Source: Selaginella moellendorffii
Taxonomy: Eukaryota; Plantae; Lycopodiophyta
Assembly (NCBI RefSeq): GCF_000143415.4
Contig: NW_003314341.1
Coordinates: 229,869 to 293,868 of the forward strand
Direction: 5' to 3'
DNA length: 64,000 nucleotides
Of the stretch, positions 57,571 through 64,000 are shown one piece after another. How positions within the stretch are numbered: the first letter of the stretch is position 1; every line of letters starts with the position of its first letter. The translations under genes were made by a program, and so were the position numbers. Below the pieces are notes generated by a model, which ran no database searches, had not been told where the DNA came from, and was given only the letters and a program-made list of their open reading frames with translations.

Positions 57571-59655
57571 TTATGACTCCTCATCCACAGCGGCTTTCTC
57601 TTTACTTCGATCCGAAATACTTCTCAGCATTTCCAAAACCCTCGATGACAGCTGCAATAAGCGCCAACTCCGTGAGTTTCTTTTCTTGCTTATAAACGTT
57701 TCGATATAGAACATTACCTCGGAAACGTTGTGCTTTGTCTCCACTGACACCCACAGCGCTCCAGGTGGTCCACTAGTTTTGTACCGGACAATCTCATCCA
57801 CTTCTTCGCCATCACGAAGAGCTGGCACTTCCAGGAGATCAGCCTTAGACACCACGTCGATCCAAGGCCGGCTTGGAAATCTTCCTCGAATTTCTTTATA
57901 GATATAAAACTGCAAGTTCATTGCGCAATCGTGTAAAGTACTGGCCATGAACTAAAATTTCCAGCTTTTACCTGGTCTTGCACGCTAGTACCACATTCTC
58001 CCGTAAGGTCGTGCACGTATAAAACAGCCGTTGGGAGATAAGCTAGTGCCGCTAAAGTCAACTTCTCCATGTCGTTTCGGTCCGCTGGTTATATACAATG
58101 CTGTTAGCAACAGAGCGAAGAGGAAAATGAAACGACAAGTTTTATAGTCGCACCATCAATCCTGTTGAGCAGACCTGGAGTATCTGTAACCTGAACAAAT
58201 CAGGTTGGTGACGCTTGGACTGTATAAAAAGCCGTTCTTACACCTACCTGGTAAGAAAAAGCATAATCCATTATATGACCCATGGAAATAGCTCTTGTTG
58301 TGAATGGATAGTTACAAACCTGCATGGTCGATACCCAGTTAGCGAAACATACTCAAAAACCGAAAAAGAAGTTCCAACCTCTGGCTTTCCCGTAGAGAGC
58401 ACCCGCACCAAAGAGGATTTACCGACATTCGGAGCTCCGACTAGGCATAGAATTGGGTCGCGAGGATTGACAACCGGGAGCTTCCTGAGAGTCTGTAAAC
58501 CTAGTAAATTCTCTGATCCCGCTATAAATGCAATCAAAGGTGTCAACCTTAGCTGTCTCTTTCAGATCCTCAAGGTACTGAACGTGCTCGTGGAACACAA
58601 CAGTCATCTCGTGAAATCCCTGCACAAGTGGTGGTAAGACTTTTATCCAAGAGCAGAAAGAAAGAGCACCTCATCTTTTAGATCTGCAGCCTCCCTTCTG
58701 GTGCTTGACTGCATCAAATAGTTGGTTCACGAGAGTAAGCAAATGCCAGAGAGGCGACGTGAGCTCACCTTGGAGCACAGCGAGGCCATATTCTTCCCGC
58801 ACAGAGTCAGCTTTTTCCTCAGAGTTAAAACGTTGCCAAGGATCTGCTTCAGTACAAGCATGAAACAACACACACTAGATGTGAAATCCAAGTGCGAGTG
58901 GACAGTACCTCTTCGTACTTGCCTTTTCCGAGTGTGAACTCTAAAAGCGACCTCTCATACGCATGTAGTTCATAGCTCCTGGGGAACTTTTTGAAGTAAG
59001 TCGTTAGAGGGACTGAGAGTTCCTGCGAAGAGAACACCGATAATTCTCGCACCCAACATAAACAAAGAATGGAGCTCACCTTCATCAACGCATCCAGCTG
59101 CCTTGCTCCGCGGTTTCGCTCCCTCTTGGCGATGTTTGAGATGACTGTGAGCTCGTCGTGAAGGAACACAGATGAAATGGGAAGAAGAAAAACAGATAAA
59201 CTGCGAAAAACTCAATCACACCTTTGGACGGCGGAACTCTTTTGGCAGCTTTCAATGCGGATGCCAAAATCTCTTCGGCAGGAACAACCATTGGAAGTTG
59301 CTGAAACGCTCCCACATCTGGCTGCTGACTTTGCACCTAGAAGACAATCTAAGGCTTTCCTTCTTTTGAATTGTTGGAAAGAATTCACATACCGATGGAT
59401 GCAATTCCTTAAACAATCGGAGCTCATCATCGGTGAGAGTCGGTCTGGGAACCGCAGGCTGGTGAACACCAGAAAGAAGATCACCTACATTTCAAGGAAA
59501 CAATGAGAGAAACGAATCGAAAGTGCGTAAATGCTACCTCCTCTTCCCCCTCCCTCTGGTGCTGCGCAAGAGCACGGCGGCAACGAATGAACGAACCGAG
59601 TGCCAATGCGATGCGGCAGTCGCCAGAGCTGCTGCTGCGGGAGCGCCAGCTTCAT
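57571..59655 (-). CDS. Organellar NOG1-like (OBG-family) GTPase, PDE318-like, multi-exon
   Basis: VGAFQQLPMVVPA, NIAKRERNRGARQLDALMKEL, LCLVGAPNVGKSSLV, CNYPFTTR, VTDTPGLL, WIDVVSKADLL. Confidence 0.88.
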
Positions 59656-60087
59656 CCAATCCCTCCCCTCTCCAAAACCCTAAGAAGCCAAAAACAGAAA
59701 GGAATTTCGTTGAATCGCACCCTGTGATTGCGAAATTCCTGTGAGATTGGGTCCAAAAGGTTGTTAGAATGGTGCAGTATTGAAAGAAACTTGGCATCTC
59801 TACTAGAAAAGGGAAAGGTGTGATACTGCATTGGGTCTGGTCTTGTTCTTTACCCTTGTGATTCTCCTTTTTTCCTTGCAAGAAATCTTTGTGTGCTCTT
59901 TTGGGATGGGACTGAAAAGTCCCCCGGGACTTACCAACAAGAGCAACTCAACAACAACAAATAAACACAAATCAAAGCACAAAAACAATGCTTTCTAGAA
60001 CCTGGTTGTCCCTTCCCAAGTTTTATTACATTCTTATTTCTTTGCTTTGTCGCTCTTGCTCACCATCCTTTGTGGGATTTATATAAG

Positions 60088-60550
60088 TCAAATCTTCTGA
60101 TACTCCACAATGATGTTGCCGGCATTTGGATCGGCCATCTTCTGGAACAGCTCGTGAGGCAAATCAAAAGTCCCATTGCAACCCTCAGGGCAGTAATCCA
60201 CAATCTTGATGGTGTAAGGACCAGGATTGTTGGTGCAACCATAGGGCCCCTGGTTGTTCTGCCGAACACATTTGATGGTGTACATGTCTCCACAGCCGCT
60301 GCCGCCCATGTAAATCGCAGCACTGCCTGCTGCAAACATATGATCAGCTGGAAGGTTGTTATCCGCACAGGCATTTGCTGCAAAGCAAAAGAGAAAATTG
60401 GGGATCATGCATGGATGGAATCACAAAAATTATCAACTTACGTGTGTATGGAGAGTCATAGTACGTTGCGGTTCCTTGCGCAGCCATTGCAACGTGAAGT
60501 ATCATTCCAAGCACAAGCACAACAGGCAAAACTGCAGCTTTTAGCTCCAT
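60088..60550 (-). CDS. EG45-like / plant natriuretic peptide-like double-psi beta-barrel secreted protein, 2 exons
   Basis: Signal peptide, GTATYYDSPYTPNAC, GCGDMYTIKC, IVDYCPEGC..TFDL...F..MADPNAGNIIVEY. Confidence 0.88.
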
Positions 60551-60739
60551 TGATCGATCTATCTTCACTCCGCTCGAGTTTGCAAAAGCCCAAACTTTTG
60601 GCCTGAGGAACTCCACGTTCCCACGCAAGTTATAATCTGGTTTGCACATACGGTCTTCATACGCTGTTGACATATGCGTTAAGGCCACGCTTGCGTTCAA
60701 AGTCCGGGCTAGTCAAGTCAGGTCAAGGTCGAGTCCAGG

Positions 60740-63700
60740 TCATCTAGGGGTTTATATATGATGTGTACCTAGTCTACTTACAAGTAGTAATATTTAAATA
60801 GCTTTGACTTAGTTCTCAATGATAATCCATTATGTTAAGCTTGAGCTATGAATGTTTTAGTTAGGATTTTATCTATTCACCTCTACTAATTACTCACATA
60901 TGGATCCAGAAACTGTCATAAATTTTGCTTATGGTGAAAGAACAAAACCATAATATCTTTTATATAAAATTTAGTGACACCTTTGTTGGTCCTAGATTAA
61001 TGGTGTCTAACCACTCACTTCATGCTCATCTTCCTGATCATAGTTTTAGTCTTCATTAACACCTTCTCTTAAAAGCAATATGTTTAGAATATGGAAATTG
61101 CAATTGCATGCAATAACATTCAGGTGAAAAGAGCAACAGTAGTGGATACTTTGAATACTTTTCCAATCATAATAGTTTCAATATTTAAATTTTGTAAGCA
61201 TGAGGCAAAACTATCAATTTACAATGATTAAGGTTTTTGAGTTTCCTCCTAGCATCGCAAACTAGAGAGGATTCTACAACTTCTTTGAGGCATTGAATTC
61301 AATAAAAGAACTTCTTTGAAGCACAATAATAAATCTAACAAAGCACGAAATTGAGGATTTTATATGATACCTCCTCCTCCCATAGTTTGACAATCCTTCT
61401 AACAAGCCAACCCAAGTCTTCTTTTAATGTTGTGCTTTGGGGGGAGGGAGATTATTAAACACCCTACTGAAGAAAACAATAGTAAGGGACATATTATTGC
61501 TTGAGATGCAAGCGACAATAAGTTTATGGTCCTAAAAGGTGATTTTGGTTCTAGTTACTTTGAAAGTTATAATGATTACCCTTGAAGCTGCAATGGTATC
61601 ATGGGCTACAAGTGTTTATAATCAGCATTTGTAAAATATTTTAAATTTTTCACTGATGAATTAAGTTGAATTGGAAAGAGTCTTTTTCAAAAAGTCAAGC
61701 AATTATATATGTTATTTATTTATATTATCATAGAAAAAAAATGCCTAAATTATAGTACTTTAACAACCTAGATTCTAAAGCTTGGTGGATCTTGTGTTTG
61801 GTCCACCCCATCAACAAATACATTAGTGGGAAGAAAACATTTTATATCCATGTGGAGAAGTTGGGAAATCGAGCATACAATATACCTAGTGTCTCAACTT
61901 AGATCTAAATAGGCTCTCTTAATTAGAACTCAATGAATTAATCATGAAATATTAGAACTTGGATAACTCTTTGGGATTATTCAGATAAAATGCTTAATGT
62001 TTTACATTATAGGACATTAGTGTAAATTTTTAAGTTTAAACTTTTTAACTTTAATTATCCCAAAACTATTAATCGATTGGAAAAGAGGGTGCACTTTTGT
62101 TGACAAGCCTTTTCCCTTTATATTTATATTCTTACAAATTATCTTTCATTGGTTGCTTACAATTGGGATAAAAAAATTGGGATATGATAAGATAAGATTA
62201 AAGGACAAGTTTTGTATAGTCTTCATTTCTATATGTAGTCTTTGTGGGTCAGTTATTATTCCAAGCCTTCAAATACAATACACAAGTATCCTAAGGGTGT
62301 ATAATTGCAATAATGGAAATTGCAGCTGAAGAGGTTTCAGATAAAAATGACTGATAACTTAGTTAAAGAGGACTATATAAGATAAACTTCAAGGCATGCA
62401 TACCATATGTTTGGAATGCACTTAACTAAGATGTATCAAATCTAAAGTCGAAGGGTGATTAGCACAAGTCTATAGATTCCATATTAAAGAACTTAGCAAT
62501 TACTAACTATAATACAGTGCTTGAGCCTAGACTTGCCAAACTTGGTGAAGATTATAAATAGGTTGTGGAGGTATGCATGGTTAGGGTGGTGTGGCATTAT
62601 CTATTCATGGAGTCAAACACAATAGGAAATTTACTCTGAGAAGGCTTCCAACATGTAATATATATGGAAGTTCGATAAAAACTTTACAAGTATCTAGGTG
62701 GGTTTTCACTTATTAGCACAAATGCTTTGCTACAAACCTTTCAAGTAAGGACAATCATTCATTAGTCTTTGATTGGGATTTTGGAGAGAATTTCTACAAT
62801 TGAATTAAAGACATCATTTGATATAACTATTTTCTCCTACATACAATTGAGCAATTGGCTCCTTTTCTAAGTACAAACAGTTTATGTACTTGTAACACAA
62901 AGTGAAAATTAAATTTGCCAATCCTAGAATCGACTGAACAACCCCCCTAATAGCATTTATATATGGCCCAACTATATCTATTGTGGTGTCTTAGACTAAA
63001 GCTCTTCCAATCTCATATACATAGACTACTTTGTAATGGAATGTATGAAGAATCTAGCAATCAACCACCTTAATAACTTTTATATGTGGTTCACCCACAT
63101 CTATTATGGTGTTCTCCTAGACCAAAGCTCCTCCAATTTTATATGTATAGACCACTTTATAACTCAGTATGAAGATTAGCACTAAAGGTGAATTGAAAAT
63201 AGTTAATTTAATTATTTAAAGCCATTTTACATTTTGGTAAATAATGGATTGATTTATAATTGGTGTTCCCTCATTTGTCTTACCAAATTGCACCATGTGC
63301 AAACAAATTTATATAGCTAAAACATAGCCTTCTCAATGCAAAAGTGGGAAAATTTATAATAGAGTATTCAATAATATGAAATAGATGTTTCAATTGTTGT
63401 ACAGCTGTTTGATTCTTATATAAGTCCCTGCACAAAACAATAAAATAATGGCAATTTTTATAACATAAGCACATGCATTTCTTCTCAATGAACCATGCTA
63501 TTATAGAGTTAATAATTGAAGGAAGTATATTAGTGTCTCCTTTAGCGAAAAGTTGCTAAATTGTGTTGTCCCAAAACACACTTTGTATTGTGCTTCTGAA
63601 AGGCTAAACTTAAAAAAGACACTCTCCCAATCTTGCCAATGAGGCATGGTTTAGGTAAGAAGCATGTGTTGAAAAAATATTTCATCTTTGGCCTAGTGGA

Positions 63701-64000
63701 ACTTAAGGTGTCTAACAACAACATAAAACATCTTTTCATCACTTGTGCTCTTTATGTGAAAAGAACTGAAAAGTTTATGTTTTAGCCATTAAACTTGCAA
63801 ATGAACTTTAGTGTCTCTCTATACTCTCAACTTAAGTGCAATAGTACCATCCTGTAAGATAACAACTTTCTTATGATGTAATATAGTGAAATTGGCACTA
63901 TCTTGGGTGTTTAGGTAAATAGTGGCATTGAACACCTTGGTGGTGTTAATCCATTATTGTTGATGCTCAGTAGTTTACATACAAACATTAATGCAATTTT
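60740..64000. other. AT-rich, ORF-poor region, probably decayed transposon/repeat DNA
   Basis: Abrupt composition shift at about 60740, almost no ORFs, internal degenerate duplication (about 62975-63060 vs 63098-63181). No family recognised. Confidence 0.45.

Noticed and set aside
59914-59932. GAAAAGTCCCCCGGG resembling RNase MRP CR-I
   Set aside because: It forms a local palindrome; no matching P4 3' strand or Pol III promoter seen.

Overview
Eukaryotic plant nuclear DNA. It is gene-dense, with very short introns (about 50-80 bp), very short intergenic spacers and several PLS-type PPR genes, which suggests a lycophyte such as Selaginella (inference, not verified). Left part (1-25.6 kb) is accessory-like: a PPR gene and a PPR pseudogene; a complete 6.4-kb Helitron (4223-10626) with a Rep/helicase ORF and a captured UDP-glycosyltransferase fragment between 91-bp direct repeats; decayed repeats; a purple acid phosphatase/NPP gene; and two convergent Crinkler/RHS-type P-loop NTPase + PD-(D/E)xK nuclease loci (one frameshifted and partly tandem-duplicated, one intact). 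Middle and right (25.6-60.6 kb) is a run of conserved genes: PPR, MED32, SelH-like Rdx protein, a two-RRM protein with a U12 AT-AC intron and three GC-AG introns, two class III peroxidases, a filament-like protein (FPP), an LRR + alpha/beta-hydrolase protein, CPSF30-L, a POLLUX-like/PEC plastid channel, a CAT amino-acid transporter, FIP, a plastid NOG1-like GTPase and an EG45/PNP-like protein. The FPP-LRR spacer holds a cluster of nine P1BS (GNATATNC) motifs with recurring 20-bp pair spacing, followed by a miR399-complementary, centrally bulged site in a possible hairpin. The last 3.3 kb are AT-rich, apparently decayed repeat. Multi-exon gene coordinates are start-to-stop spans read by hand, and family calls rest on recalled motifs, not database searches.
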